A DNA stretch of 64,000 bases from an uncultured Verrucomicrobiae bacterium. GTDB taxonomy: Bacteria > Verrucomicrobiota > Verrucomicrobiia > Chthoniobacterales > JAATET01. A program made the position numbers and the translations under genes. The notes under the pieces were generated by a model. It was not told the origin of the DNA, made no database searches, and was given only the letters and a program-made list of their open reading frames with translations. How positions within the stretch are numbered: position 1 is the first letter of the stretch; the number at the start of each line of letters is the position of its first letter. Below, piece by piece: positions 31,556 through 42,157 of this stretch. The stretch spans positions 96,001 through 160,000 of the forward strand of contig CAVRCI010000013.1 in the NCBI GenBank assembly GCA_963719495.1, given 5' to 3'.

Positions 31556-31571
31556 CACGTATCGTTTGATA
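31556..31571. promoter_or_regulatory. Putative LacI operator overlapping a TTGACA -35 element
   Basis: TTGACA at 31552-31557 followed by CACGTATCGTTTGATA. Confidence 0.65.
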
Positions 31572-31595
31572 TCGAAAACTCAGTTCTCCTATTTC

Positions 31596-34013
31596 ATGCG
31601 TGCGCTAGCCTCCTTTCTCTGCCTTTTCCCACTGGCTACCGCCTTCGCGGTCGACCTATCGCAACTCGACCAATCGATCGAATCTTGGAACGTCCCGGCA
31701 AAATTCGCCGAGCACGTCACCGTCGCAGCCGGCGAGAAACCACGCACCTCCGTCCTGCGAGTCGACGCCCGGGACAGCGCCCCGATCAACGTGGGGTCGA
31801 AGCCTTTCGCCGTAAAACCCCTTCAGGGCTACGACTTCAGCGTCCAGGTTTGGCACCTCGAAGGCGAAATGAACTTCAGCGCCCACCTCGTTTGGCTCGA
31901 CGCGAAGGGCAAGGAACTCGGCACCGAATACGCCATGATGGGCGTGATGATCCCCGGGCAATGGACTCCCTACCGCTACGAAGTCATCGCGCCGGAGCAG
32001 GCGGTCAAGGCGCGAATCGTCATCTACATCCCATCCGGGTGGGCCGCCGACTTCGCCGACTTCACCCTCCAGCCCGCCGCCGTCCGCCCCGACAGCCTCT
32101 CCGTCGACCTCGTCTGTTCACAGATCCGCAAAAATGCCCGCCAGGACGCCACGCTCGACCTCCGCGTGGAAAACCGCGGCTCGCAGGTTTACGAAAATCT
32201 CGAGATCGATCTCGACCTCCCCCCCGGTCTTGCGACCGAAGACACCACCACTTACGCGATCGGCCGCCTCAGCTTCGGCGAAACCTACGAGCGCGCAATC
32301 CCGCTCACTGGCTACCCGGAAGATCCCGCCAAACCCATCACCGCCAACGTCACCGCGAAAGTCGGTGGCGAGCCGAAAACTCTCACCGTCACCACCCTCC
32401 CCTTCGTCACTTTCGCCGAGGAAACCGAACTCGCCACCAAGGACCTCCCCCCACCCGTCCTCCCCAAGATGGACGTGAAACTCGGAGCCTATTATTTTCC
32501 CGTCACCCTCGATTGGGATCGCGCCAACTGGGGCGTTCGCGACGTCCCCTACCTAGACCCCCTACTCGGCTATTACGACGAGGCCTCGCCCGAGGTCGCC
32601 GACTGGCACACCTGGTGGGCCATCGAGCACGGCATCTCCTACTTCATCTTCTGCTGGTATCAGAACCAGGGGATGGAATACCTCAACGACGCGCTCGACA
32701 AGGGATTCCTCGAGAGCCGCTTTTCGTCGCGGATGGAATTCGCCGTCAATTGGTGCACCGAAAACCACGCCGCCGAGTTCAAGCCCGAGTCGTTCTCCGA
32801 CGAAGCGCTCGCCGACGCGATGACGATCCTCTGCGATAAATATTTCAGCCAACCGAATTACCTGAAAGTCGACGGCAAACCCGTCGTCTTCCTCCACACC
32901 CCGATCAAGATCATCGGCGAAGTCGGCGGCCTCGCCCAGATGAGCGACGCTCTCGACCGCATGCGGGCCATCGCCAAGGCCAAAGGCCACGAAGGCGTCT
33001 ACTTCGTCGCCGTCCACCTCATGCCCTACCTCGTCGACTTCAAAGCCGCCGGCTTCGACTGCGTCACCGCCTACGCCTACGGCTTCCGCGACGTTGCGAA
33101 GACCGTCGACGCCAAGGGCTACGAGCTCCCCTACTCCGCCCTCATCCCCCGCCACCGCGAAGCCTACGCGACCGCGCAGGCCGATGCGCACGAGCAGGGC
33201 CTCGATTACATCCCGGTCGCGTGGGTCGGCTGGGACGACTACGGCCGCTCGCGCGAAGGCTCCGTCCGCACCAGCGGCAACACGCCCGGCGCTTTCCGCC
33301 GAATGCTCGAGCAGCTCCCCGACTTCGTCGAAGACGAACCCCGCCTCGCCCTCTTCGAAGCCTGGAACGAATGGGGCGAAGGCGGCCACGTCGAGCCCTC
33401 GGCCCGTGAAGGTTTCGGCAAGCTCAGCGCCATCCGCGACGCGCTTTCCGACCAGCGCGGACCGTATCAAATGCCGCTACCACCCGCCGAAGAAATCGCC
33501 GCTTTCAACACGGACGCCAAGTGGGCCGACGTCCATTCCCTCTACAGCGAACGCTACGCGCGGAAACTCGGCATCCCGGAAAACGGCCTCGATCTGAATT
33601 TCGAATCCGGCGAAGCCAGCCTCTACCTCAAGCCGCTGCAAGGTGTGACGGACGTCACACTCGAGGACGGTCGCGAGACCGCCCGCGCCGTGACGAAAGA
33701 CCCCGCCTTCCTCTCCCCGCCCATGCTCCAGCTCGCCGCCGAGCGCTTCGACGCCATCGAGATCACGATGCGAGTCGCGAGCGGCACTCAGGGATCGATC
33801 TTCTGGACCTCCGAAAAGATTGGGAAATGGACTCCCGACCAATCCGTCACCTTCCCCGTCCAGTCCGGCGACCAGTTCCAAACCTACCGCGTCGACCTGG
33901 CGAAGAGCCCGCACTGGAAAGGAACAATCAATCAATTCCGAATCGACCCGACCAACGCCCCGGGACAGATCGAGATCGAGAGCTTCCGCACGATCCCAGC
34001 CGATCGTCCATGA
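31596..34013 (+). CDS. Secreted multidomain GH99-like/WbsX-family glycoside hydrolase
   Basis: GAYYFP, PLLGYYDE, FIFCWY, YLKVDGKPV, EAWNEWGEG; flanking carbohydrate-binding-like beta domains (QFRIDP). Confidence 0.8.
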   Translation: MRALASFLCLFPLATAFAVDLSQLDQSIESWNVPAKFAEHVTVAAGEKPRTSVLRVDARDSAPINVGSKPFAVKPLQGYDFSVQVWHLEGEMNFSAHLVWLDAKGKELGTEYAMMGVMIPGQWTPYRYEVIAPEQAVKARIVIYIPSGWAADFADFTLQPAAVRPDSLSVDLVCSQIRKNARQDATLDLRVENRGSQVYENLEIDLDLPPGLATEDTTTYAIGRLSFGETYERAIPLTGYPEDPAKPITANVTAKVGGEPKTLTVTTLPFVTFAEETELATKDLPPPVLPKMDVKLGAYYFPVTLDWDRANWGVRDVPYLDPLLGYYDEASPEVADWHTWWAIEHGISYFIFCWYQNQGMEYLNDALDKGFLESRFSSRMEFAVNWCTENHAAEFKPESFSDEALADAMTILCDKYFSQPNYLKVDGKPVVFLHTPIKIIGEVGGLAQMSDALDRMRAIAKAKGHEGVYFVAVHLMPYLVDFKAAGFDCVTAYAYGFRDVAKTVDAKGYELPYSALIPRHREAYATAQADAHEQGLDYIPVAWVGWDDYGRSREGSVRTSGNTPGAFRRMLEQLPDFVEDEPRLALFEAWNEWGEGGHVEPSAREGFGKLSAIRDALSDQRGPYQMPLPPAEEIAAFNTDAKWADVHSLYSERYARKLGIPENGLDLNFESGEASLYLKPLQGVTDVTLEDGRETARAVTKDPAFLSPPMLQLAAERFDAIEITMRVASGTQGSIFWTSEKIGKWTPDQSVTFPVQSGDQFQTYRVDLAKSPHWKGTINQFRIDPTNAPGQIEIESFRTIPADRP

Positions 34014-36172
34014 CCCATTCCACCAGCCCATTCCGATACCGAGTCGCCATCGCCGGCTGCCCCTCGCACCCCGACGTCGAATGGAACGAGGCCAACCTCA
34101 CCCGCCTCCGCGACCTCGGCTTCAACACCGTCCAGCTCAACGTCGCCTGGGGCGGCCGCCCCGGTGACGAACCCCTCAACCTCGAAGACCTCGTCGCCCT
34201 CCCGCCCGCCCGACTCGCAGAATTGAATCAGCCCGACCTCCCGCCGCGCAGCGTGCCGGAGCGGCGCGACGAACGCCGCGCCCAGCTCACCCACCGGATC
34301 GCGCTTTGCCGCGAGCTTGGGCTCCGCACCATTTTTCACTTCGGCGCGCCCTTCAACGCGCAATACGGCATCGACACCGACTTCGACGGACCGCAGGCCC
34401 GCAGCCTGCTCGACCCCGAGACCACGCTCTACTACCGGGAGATGATCCGCGCCTTCGACGCTGAGTTCCCCGGCGTCGACGACCTCCTCGTCTACACCTA
34501 CGATCAAGACGCTTGGGTTACGAGCGAGTTCGGTACCTGCGTGAAAACCCGCGGCCACACCCTCGCCGATCAGGTCGTCCCCTTCGTCTCCGCGCTCGCG
34601 GAGGAATGGCGCGCCCACCGCGCCGAAGGCTGGCTCTGGTGGTCGCCGTGGGAACTCTCCGCCGGGCAGGTCTACGAATGCGTGGACCGATTCGCGACGG
34701 ACGGAATCGGCCTCGACCTCCACCCGAACGTCGCCGAGACCATGCTCACGCTGCCCGTCGACCGGTGGCTGAAAAATACCGTTCGACTCGCCAGCCAGCG
34801 CGGCATCCCCGTCCTCGTCGAAAGCTTCCTCGGCGCGATGAGCGAAGAGCTCGAGCCCTATCAGTATCTCATGCACCCTAACGCGGTGATCCGCCAAGTG
34901 CGGACGATTGCCAGCGTGCCCGGTGTCTCTGGTATCAAGGAATACTACGGGCTAAATCCCACCAAATGGGACGCCAACCTCTCGGCCGCCGCGCGCGCCA
35001 TGATGGCGGACGAGGAGATCACTGAAGCCACCATCGTCCGGGACTTGGCGACACCTTTCGGCGACGCCGCGGACGCTGTGATCGAAGCGTGGCGCCTCTT
35101 CAGCGAAGCCCAGGAATTTCTCCCGTGGGACCTCTCCTGGTATCTGCGGGAGTTCGGAACGTCCGACGTTTCCCACGCCCTCACCGCCGCTGGCCTCCGC
35201 GGCGCGCAAGTCCCCACTCCATCCTGGGAATCGACCCGGCGCGCGATCTTCATGAAGAACGACGACGCGCCGCCGCACCCGTGGATGTTGGAGGACGTCC
35301 AGCTTCGCTTTGGCTTTGCGGAAAAGCGAATCGAGCAGGCGCTTGAGGCACTCGAGCCCGTGATTGATCGGATCTCCCCCAGCCATCAGGTCATTTTCAA
35401 GGCCAGCATCCGCGAGGCCCGCCACCTTCTCCGTCGCGTCCGCACCTATCGACTGCACGCGCGCGAGACGAACATTGCCACAATGCTTCGGACGAATCCG
35501 GCCGGTGCCGAGGCGCTTGGTTTCTTGATCGACGAACTCATAGTCTTGCTTAGAGAAGACCACGAAAATCAGGTCGCAGCCTATTCCGACCAAGGCACCG
35601 CCGCTCTTGAGGGCGCGCACTGGATTTGGGAAGACGCGACTACTTATAAGTCGAATTTGCCATGGGCCGTCCGCACCTTCACCCGCTCGTTCCCGATCGC
35701 ATCAGTCCAATCGACCGGTGAAGTCTGGCTCACGGCTACGAGCTCCGATCGTCTTGTGCGAGCGTCTGTCAACGGACATCTTGTCGAAGGATTCGGCACC
35801 GGACCCCCACCGTTTCGAGCCGACATCGTGTCACTCCTTCGCGAAGGTCACAACGAGATCGAAATCAGGACTTTCAAGTCGGGCTCCCTCTACGAACGTC
35901 CCGGCATCTGCGCAGCAATCGATGGTCCGGACCGCATTCAAACCGACGAAAATTGGCGCGTAGCTAAGCACTCAACTGAGGCAAAAGCAGCCGTCTTGAT
36001 CGCCCTCTACGGCGACCAACCCTGGGGCAATCAGGGCGCTGGCGACGGCGGGAGAGCAATCAGAGGAGCCATCGACCTGCTGAATGAGAATCCTGCGAAA
36101 TTTCTCGAGACGTATTTCCAACGAGCCCCCAACGAGAGAACCCACGGCCTCTTTTCAGTTACCTCCTGCTGA
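34010..36172 (+). CDS. Hypothetical glycosidase-like protein with a jelly-roll-like C-terminal module
   Basis: LGFNTVQLN barrel-like start; HWIW...VNG...LLREGHNEI module; ATGA overlap with the upstream gene. Confidence 0.6.
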   Translation: MTHSTSPFRYRVAIAGCPSHPDVEWNEANLTRLRDLGFNTVQLNVAWGGRPGDEPLNLEDLVALPPARLAELNQPDLPPRSVPERRDERRAQLTHRIALCRELGLRTIFHFGAPFNAQYGIDTDFDGPQARSLLDPETTLYYREMIRAFDAEFPGVDDLLVYTYDQDAWVTSEFGTCVKTRGHTLADQVVPFVSALAEEWRAHRAEGWLWWSPWELSAGQVYECVDRFATDGIGLDLHPNVAETMLTLPVDRWLKNTVRLASQRGIPVLVESFLGAMSEELEPYQYLMHPNAVIRQVRTIASVPGVSGIKEYYGLNPTKWDANLSAAARAMMADEEITEATIVRDLATPFGDAADAVIEAWRLFSEAQEFLPWDLSWYLREFGTSDVSHALTAAGLRGAQVPTPSWESTRRAIFMKNDDAPPHPWMLEDVQLRFGFAEKRIEQALEALEPVIDRISPSHQVIFKASIREARHLLRRVRTYRLHARETNIATMLRTNPAGAEALGFLIDELIVLLREDHENQVAAYSDQGTAALEGAHWIWEDATTYKSNLPWAVRTFTRSFPIASVQSTGEVWLTATSSDRLVRASVNGHLVEGFGTGPPPFRADIVSLLREGHNEIEIRTFKSGSLYERPGICAAIDGPDRIQTDENWRVAKHSTEAKAAVLIALYGDQPWGNQGAGDGGRAIRGAIDLLNENPAKFLETYFQRAPNERTHGLFSVTSC

Positions 36173-36432
36173 AATTTTTCCAAAGGACGGAGATGCCGCC
36201 CCGATCGCGTCGTTCCGAAGAAGTTGATGGAGTTTTCAGGAGTTGAGAAAGGATAGGTCGACCGACGGGGAAGACAGGCTGAAAAGCGCGATTCGCGATG
36301 GCGTCGGCTGTATATCGAAGGCTCGATATGTATAGGTGGATTCACTCTACGGGTGTCCGCTGGCGATATCGCACGGTTCCAGTTTCCCGCCTAAAATGGG
36401 TCGGGGCTAAGCCTGACATCGGGCTCCTACTG

Positions 36433-37935
36433 TCACTGATAAGCCGCCGCGACTTCCGCTCGCTCGGAGTCTGAAAGGCGTCCGTTCTGCAATGCCGCCA
36501 ACGCCGCTCCCTTATCGACTTCCGCCCAACTCCGGAACACCTTCATCAGGCTCGTGCGGCGGAAGCCTTCGTCTTGCAATGCCAAGGCTCCCGCTAACGC
36601 CCGGGCTGGATCATTGACTTCGAAATGTTCGCAGTAGGCTTTGAGAGCGGCGTCCCGGTCGCCACTTTCGGATTGGCCGAAGATCCACTTCGTGGCGGCC
36701 AGCTCGTCCCGCGCAAGCCACTCCCGGCTCAACTGCGAAAAGGAACGGTCTCGCGCCACAGGGTCCGCCACTGACCGCACGTGGGCCACAACGTCATTCA
36801 TCGGTAATTTGCGAATCGCCTGTGCGACGATCCCGCCAATCACTTGGTTCCTCTGATCGCTATCGAGAGACTGGACGTAGAGCATCGACTCTTCGAGATC
36901 CTGCTGCGACCACTGATCTACCAGGATTTTCACTGCCCGCGTCCGCTGTTCCCCTTCCATTTGTCCAACGTAGGCAGCGCACTCCTTTGGCGAGATCCTC
37001 GCCCATGCTCCCACCCGCTTGAGCTCCAACGTTTCGCGAAGACGTGAATTCCCGATTTCCTTCAGATACTGGCCGACGTCTGCAGGATGAGTCGTTACAA
37101 GCTCGGTCATGAGGGTTTCGTAAATCAGCGGCGAATCGGGATCGTTCTGATTCGCGTCATACCATGCAAACGCTGCCTCGATGTCACGGGCGCCCCAGGC
37201 TTTAGCCAAGTGATAGCGAGCGTTTGTCTTGATCTTACCCTCGGCCAAACTTTGCACGCGCTTCGCGCAAGCGACCGGGTCAAGCACTGCTAGAGCAGAC
37301 AGGGTTTGCAGTAGCGCCGTTTCTTGATCATCACCCGTGAGACCGCTGACCCAGCGAAAAGCAATGTCGGGGTCTCGGTCCGTCAAACCTTCCGCTATTC
37401 GGTGGATCATGAGGTATCGATCATCATCCGTCTTCTGGGTTTCAAGTAAAGCGATGGCCGTCTCAGGGGCGTCGTCGATGAGCCGATAGATCAGCCTATT
37501 TACGATGCCTACGTGTTCTGGGCCGCGAGGGAGGCCGGCAAGATATTCCGCCACGCCCGCAAGATCTCGCGACGCCAAGACCGTCAGCATTTCAGCCCGG
37601 GCCTCGATTGACCGGGTAGCGGAAAGGTTCTGCTCCGCGTAGCGGAGCGCACCTTCCGGGTCGACCGGTAACCTTGCTAACAGCTCTCGTCGTTCCGCCT
37701 GAAACTTTCCGCCTACTCGAGAGATACCCGATTCGTTGGCGCTCGGCACCAATTGCGATTCAGCGAGCTGGGATGTGCCCCTTGACGACGCGGTAGCGGC
37801 GCTCGTCGAGACCTCACGATCCGAAGCTGCGGCATACCCCATCCAATACGCTGGCAATGCAATCACCACGCTTGCCCCGAGAGCAATGAGCGAAAACCGC
37901 AAACCGGATGCCTCTCGAATCAGCTCGTTTACCAC
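36433..37935 (-). CDS. Helical-repeat protein with N-terminal anchor
   Basis: Repeated W...D...A..W units (DPDIAFRW, DIEAAFAW, DELAATKW). Confidence 0.7.
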   Translation of the reverse strand: MVNELIREASGLRFSLIALGASVVIALPAYWMGYAAASDREVSTSAATASSRGTSQLAESQLVPSANESGISRVGGKFQAERRELLARLPVDPEGALRYAEQNLSATRSIEARAEMLTVLASRDLAGVAEYLAGLPRGPEHVGIVNRLIYRLIDDAPETAIALLETQKTDDDRYLMIHRIAEGLTDRDPDIAFRWVSGLTGDDQETALLQTLSALAVLDPVACAKRVQSLAEGKIKTNARYHLAKAWGARDIEAAFAWYDANQNDPDSPLIYETLMTELVTTHPADVGQYLKEIGNSRLRETLELKRVGAWARISPKECAAYVGQMEGEQRTRAVKILVDQWSQQDLEESMLYVQSLDSDQRNQVIGGIVAQAIRKLPMNDVVAHVRSVADPVARDRSFSQLSREWLARDELAATKWIFGQSESGDRDAALKAYCEHFEVNDPARALAGALALQDEGFRRTSLMKVFRSWAEVDKGAALAALQNGRLSDSERAEVAAAYQ

Positions 37936-39410
37936 GTGACCGAATTTTGATTCTGATACAGGGCTTGGGCGTCGCTCATCACGGAACTCAGGGTCCCAGA
38001 GATAATGTAGGCTACGTAGTCGTTCTCACCCGAGTTCCATGGGAGTTGATTATGCCCGATCATTTGAATTGTGTTGTTGGCGAACTCGCCCGTCTCGTTG
38101 ATCGGCCCAAGGTGCTTCCAGGAGTAGCCCAGCCAGAACTCCACACTCCCACCATCTTCAGGATCTTTTGCCATGAACCCTACGCAATGGTCATTATCGA
38201 ACCCAAGGATTATGCACCGACCTGTAACGACGTTCACCTTGTTGCCCGCGCTGTTTCCGTTGTTCCAGAACATTGCCGTCCGGTCTTCGAGAATATCCCC
38301 AGCGACGTTGTAGACGTAATAATTACTCACGTTTGCTTTTAGCGACGCTGCGGCCACTCCGTTGTGATTAAACGACAGGTTGGTGAAATCGTTCGAAACC
38401 CGGAGCACCTGCTTCCAGCGGGTGATCCGGTCGCGATTTAACACGCCCTGCGAGACCTCTTTCCGAATGTAAAGATCTTGGTACCAGACTGGCTGCACAC
38501 CGCTTCCGCCGTATTGGTGCGTCGCGTTAACCTGCAGATTCTCAAGCGGCAGGGTCTTGCTGATCTGAACGCCAAAGTTGTTGAGGGTGACGTATTCGAC
38601 CGGCGATCCCATTCGTGTCTTTGGATCATCGTAATCGTAAATGGCGGATCCCATCCCGGCTTCTGCCAGCGTGAATCGATTGACAGCACCATCGCTGTTG
38701 ATGAGATCCCACTGCGCTCCAACTTGGATCTGCCGACCCAAGTCGTTGTTGTTGATAAATTGGAGGCCGCCAAATTCAAGGTGCCAAAGGCTCATTCCCG
38801 CCGCTTCATTGAAAGTCAGCGTCACCCCGCCCTTCGACATGATCCGGCCGACCACCGCAGTATTGCCATACCGAGGGAATACGTATCCGAGTGCTCCGCT
38901 CGCACCGTAGCCGGTCTTGGTGGATTCGGCACTGCTCCGGGTGTAGAACAAATTTCCTGGTTTCGACATGTTGAGCAGTTGACTGGCCCCCGGTCGGCTT
39001 TGATCAAAACTGCGGCCCAGGGTTTTCTCCAACGCCCAGAAGCCTCCAATTGCTGAATTCGCATCTCGATAGAGACCGGAACCATTCTTGAACTGCTGGA
39101 CCAGTGAGGTGCCGCTGATCGGTTCGTCCAAGAGATAAGCGACCTGCCCGTCCGAAGCCGACGACAGCGTTGGGATCTTGGCACTCAGCCAATTGGACTG
39201 ATCGCCCGCATAACGGTAAAGCATCTGCAAGCGCACCGGATTTCCAATGTGATCGAAGCTAGCGAAGCGATCAAAGGCGAAGCCGACGGTGGTGGTTGTG
39301 AGGCCGAGTGCGCCACAGATCAAGGCGCGCCGAAGGTGAGAAACGTGATGAGAAATACCGTTGCCTTGATCAAGGCCGGTAGCTCGAAGGGCTGGGGGGA
39401 ATGGAATCAT
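37929..39410 (-). CDS. Secreted hypothetical protein
   Basis: 493 aa open frame with a signal-like segment; lower GC than flanks; start uncertain. Confidence 0.65.
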   Translation of the reverse strand: MIPFPPALRATGLDQGNGISHHVSHLRRALICGALGLTTTTVGFAFDRFASFDHIGNPVRLQMLYRYAGDQSNWLSAKIPTLSSASDGQVAYLLDEPISGTSLVQQFKNGSGLYRDANSAIGGFWALEKTLGRSFDQSRPGASQLLNMSKPGNLFYTRSSAESTKTGYGASGALGYVFPRYGNTAVVGRIMSKGGVTLTFNEAAGMSLWHLEFGGLQFINNNDLGRQIQVGAQWDLINSDGAVNRFTLAEAGMGSAIYDYDDPKTRMGSPVEYVTLNNFGVQISKTLPLENLQVNATHQYGGSGVQPVWYQDLYIRKEVSQGVLNRDRITRWKQVLRVSNDFTNLSFNHNGVAAASLKANVSNYYVYNVAGDILEDRTAMFWNNGNSAGNKVNVVTGRCIILGFDNDHCVGFMAKDPEDGGSVEFWLGYSWKHLGPINETGEFANNTIQMIGHNQLPWNSGENDYVAYIISGTLSSVMSDAQALYQNQNSVTW

Positions 39411-39606
39411 AGAATAGATGGGTTCAAAAGAAGTGGTTAGGCGCGCGGGTGAGTCCGAGGCTAACTCTAGGGCGGCACGCCAAAGTCGATCAGGATCCGT
39501 CCCGCCGACTTCGATCGTCCGGAAGTTCGGGCACGCCAGCCAGCAACCCGCTGCCCGAGCCGCAACTCTGCGACTTCCATTTTTCGGCTCTGATCAGCAG
39601 CGCACA

Positions 39607-41100
39607 TCAATTTTGCGATTCCCCGTGCTTCGGAAACCATTCCATCAGCGCATCGGCGAAGATTTGATGGCCGCGGTTGTCCGGATGGTTGATCCCGTTT
39701 TTGAGATAGATCTCGTAGGGAATACCTTGTCGCCAGAGCTTTTCCCAACGCTTTGATGCGTCGGCCAGCGCCACGTTATTTTCGTCGGCGAATTGGCGGA
39801 GATGTTCGACGTAGGGGCGCGACTCCGAGTCGCGGAGGTCTTGATGCCCCATCTTTTCCATCATCGTGAAGTGCGGCGTGATCAGCAGCAGCTCCGCCCC
39901 CATGGCGTTCACCTTCTGCAAAATGCGATCATACTGATTTTTGAATTGCGGCCACTTCGTGAGATAGGAGTCATTCACGAACTCCAACGTCACCAGGTCC
40001 GGCTTGGCCGCCTCGATATCTTTCCACCGCTTCGAGAGATCGTGATTTGGGTTAAACCACATCGCACTTGTCGAGGCTCCTCTCGCGATCGTTTCGACGC
40101 GGGCGTTCGGGTAACGCTCTTGAAGCGCCCGCTCGAAGACGGCTGAATAGCGCATCTCTTCCATGGGATCTGCGTCTCCGCCGACCGTTACGGAATCACC
40201 CCAACAAACGATGGTGATAGGTTCGCCGCTTTCCAGCTTCGCGCGGAGTTTTTTTAATCTCTCGGTTGCGATCTTCGTCCAGGCATCTGGCAACAAGGTG
40301 CCAACGGGGAAGATGTTCGCTGGCTCGACGGTCTGAACGTCGCCACCGGGCCAGTAGATGTGCGCAAGTGTTGTTTCGTTACCGCCCTCCGGTTCCGGCA
40401 AAGGAGGCGACGCCAGCTCGGACTCTCCGACCTGAAGCGAAATCTCGCCATCTTCCGATAAGTTCACCGAGTCGACTCGCCTCGGCCCGAGCTGATAGTC
40501 GACGGTGTAGCCTGGTCCTTCGGTAAGACCACTATCCGCAGCCAATGCCACCGCGTTCCAAGCCGGATCGATGACAAAATCCTGGCCCCGCACTAGCTTC
40601 CGACCGTCGCTGGTCGTGATTTCCACACTCTCTGCGATGAGAGATCCGGGCATCACCTTTCTCATCCCCAACGGCTGTCCCGCAAGCAGTGTCCGGCTTT
40701 TCCACTCGTCGAACGGCGCCTTGAAGAGCTTGATGGCCTGACCCCGCACGTTCAGCGGATCCGGGGGATTCATCGCGAGCGTCTTGCCCTTCGCCTCCAC
40801 CATACCGCCTTCCATTTCAGCCGAGCCCGATGCGACCTTGATCCCCCCGCCGGACGACGTGACCTCAAGACCAGACCGGATGGCGGGGTGGCGGATGGTT
40901 TCGCCGTCCGAAGGATCAGCTGATTTCGATCCAGCTTCGAACGTGTTTGCCGTCAGCTCCGGATCCGGCATGGCGACCTCCGGTTGATCGCCGTCCAACT
41001 CATCCGGAGCGAGCTGAGGCCAAGCGTTGCCAACAGAAACGATTGCCAAGAAAAAGACTGCGCGTCGGAAAACCGCGCAGAGAGGTGAAAAGGTTTTCAT
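39607..41100 (-). CDS. SGNH/GDSL hydrolase (putative carbohydrate esterase)
   Basis: WGDSVT, EFVND, INHPDNRGH; signal peptide. Confidence 0.85.
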   Translation of the reverse strand: MKTFSPLCAVFRRAVFFLAIVSVGNAWPQLAPDELDGDQPEVAMPDPELTANTFEAGSKSADPSDGETIRHPAIRSGLEVTSSGGGIKVASGSAEMEGGMVEAKGKTLAMNPPDPLNVRGQAIKLFKAPFDEWKSRTLLAGQPLGMRKVMPGSLIAESVEITTSDGRKLVRGQDFVIDPAWNAVALAADSGLTEGPGYTVDYQLGPRRVDSVNLSEDGEISLQVGESELASPPLPEPEGGNETTLAHIYWPGGDVQTVEPANIFPVGTLLPDAWTKIATERLKKLRAKLESGEPITIVCWGDSVTVGGDADPMEEMRYSAVFERALQERYPNARVETIARGASTSAMWFNPNHDLSKRWKDIEAAKPDLVTLEFVNDSYLTKWPQFKNQYDRILQKVNAMGAELLLITPHFTMMEKMGHQDLRDSESRPYVEHLRQFADENNVALADASKRWEKLWRQGIPYEIYLKNGINHPDNRGHQIFADALMEWFPKHGESQN

Positions 41101-41114
41101 CGGGATAGGATCAA

Positions 41115-41897
41115 TCAACGCTCTGCCGTCGCGTCGCTCCAACCGACTGCGTCGGTAAAGGACGCGTTCCGCGGCCCCCAGTCGATGTCGTTTGGGTCCA
41201 CTGCCAACGCGTGTCCATCGACAAATACGACGTTGGCCTTTCCGGAGTGCCGCGGCATCACGTTGACACCTTCATCCCGGGCACCCCGGAAGAACGTGGA
41301 CCCCCGGCCAGGCGTGTCTTCGCGTTTGTCAAAGGGACCAGTCGAGTTCGGACCTCCGCCCGCGTCAGCGAAATAGACGGTCTTCGACGGTTTTCCGACC
41401 CGCACCTGCCGCTCGAACGCTGCCGGCGTTACCCAGACAGAAGCAAGGCTCGGGAAATTGATTCCGATCCCCAGAGGACTTCTCACACTTGAGATACCAC
41501 CGTCGCCGGGCGAGGCAGGCTTATGAAGTGCCGGGCAGGAAACGTGGGCCGCCTCGCACCCGTAGAGACTGAGGATGTCCGGCCAGGCGAGCACGCCGGC
41601 ACCAATGGCCACCGGATTCGACTCGGCGGCCTGCTGTGGGAAAATAGCTTTCGCCGTGTAGAGAGGGGGCAATTTTCCATCGTTGTCCGATGCGAAGAGA
41701 TTCGACGCAACGACCACACTTTTCATGTTGGAAAGGCACTTAGCTGCCGCAGCTCGTTCCTGCATGCCGCCGACCGCCGCGAAGATCAGAGAAGCCAGGA
41801 TCGCAATGATCGAGATGACCACGAGCAGTTCGATGAGGGTGAAGGCCCTCGCGCTGGGTTTAGCGGGCGGAAGAAAGTATGACGATCTGAGTTTCAT
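41115..41897 (-). CDS. Prepilin-type N-terminal cleavage/methylation protein with H-X9-DG C-terminal motif
   Basis: AFTLIELLVVISIIAIL, CLSNMK, RHSGKANVVFVDGH. Confidence 0.92.
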   Translation of the reverse strand: MKLRSSYFLPPAKPSARAFTLIELLVVISIIAILASLIFAAVGGMQERAAAAKCLSNMKSVVVASNLFASDNDGKLPPLYTAKAIFPQQAAESNPVAIGAGVLAWPDILSLYGCEAAHVSCPALHKPASPGDGGISSVRSPLGIGINFPSLASVWVTPAAFERQVRVGKPSKTVYFADAGGGPNSTGPFDKREDTPGRGSTFFRGARDEGVNVMPRHSGKANVVFVDGHALAVDPNDIDWGPRNASFTDAVGWSDATAER

Positions 41898-41952
41898 TGT
41901 CCGGGGGTGCTTGGGATCTGAAAAGGGAAGGGACCGAAATCTCTCCGATGCC

Positions 41953-41968
41953 TATTGAACGATATGTA
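41953..41968. promoter_or_regulatory. Putative LacI operator upstream of the prepilin gene
   Basis: TATTGAACGATATGTA. Confidence 0.65.
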
Positions 41969-42102
41969 TATCGCGTCCCCGCGATCTTCGCAAGGAATGT
42001 TTCCTGAAGCGAAGTTGGTCGACCGGTGTAATGGCGGGGTCGATGTTTGGCCTACTGGCACCGGCAAGCAGTCGCCCCGCTTAATCCGGCGGGGCAGAAA
42101 CG

Positions 42103-42132
42103 AAAAAGCGGCCCGGGTCGAACCCGGACCGC
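42103..42132 (-). terminator. Intrinsic terminator after the PEP-CTERM gene
   Basis: Minus strand GCGGTCCGGG-TTCGA-CCCGGGCCGC-TTTTT. Confidence 0.75.
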
Positions 42133-42157
42133 AATTCGGAGGTCGATCGTTTCTCGA

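Noticed and set aside
36317..36332. Sixth LacI operator (GAAGGCTCGATATGTA)
   Set aside because: Only one half-site matches and it lies between convergent genes; it may be a hairpin or vestige
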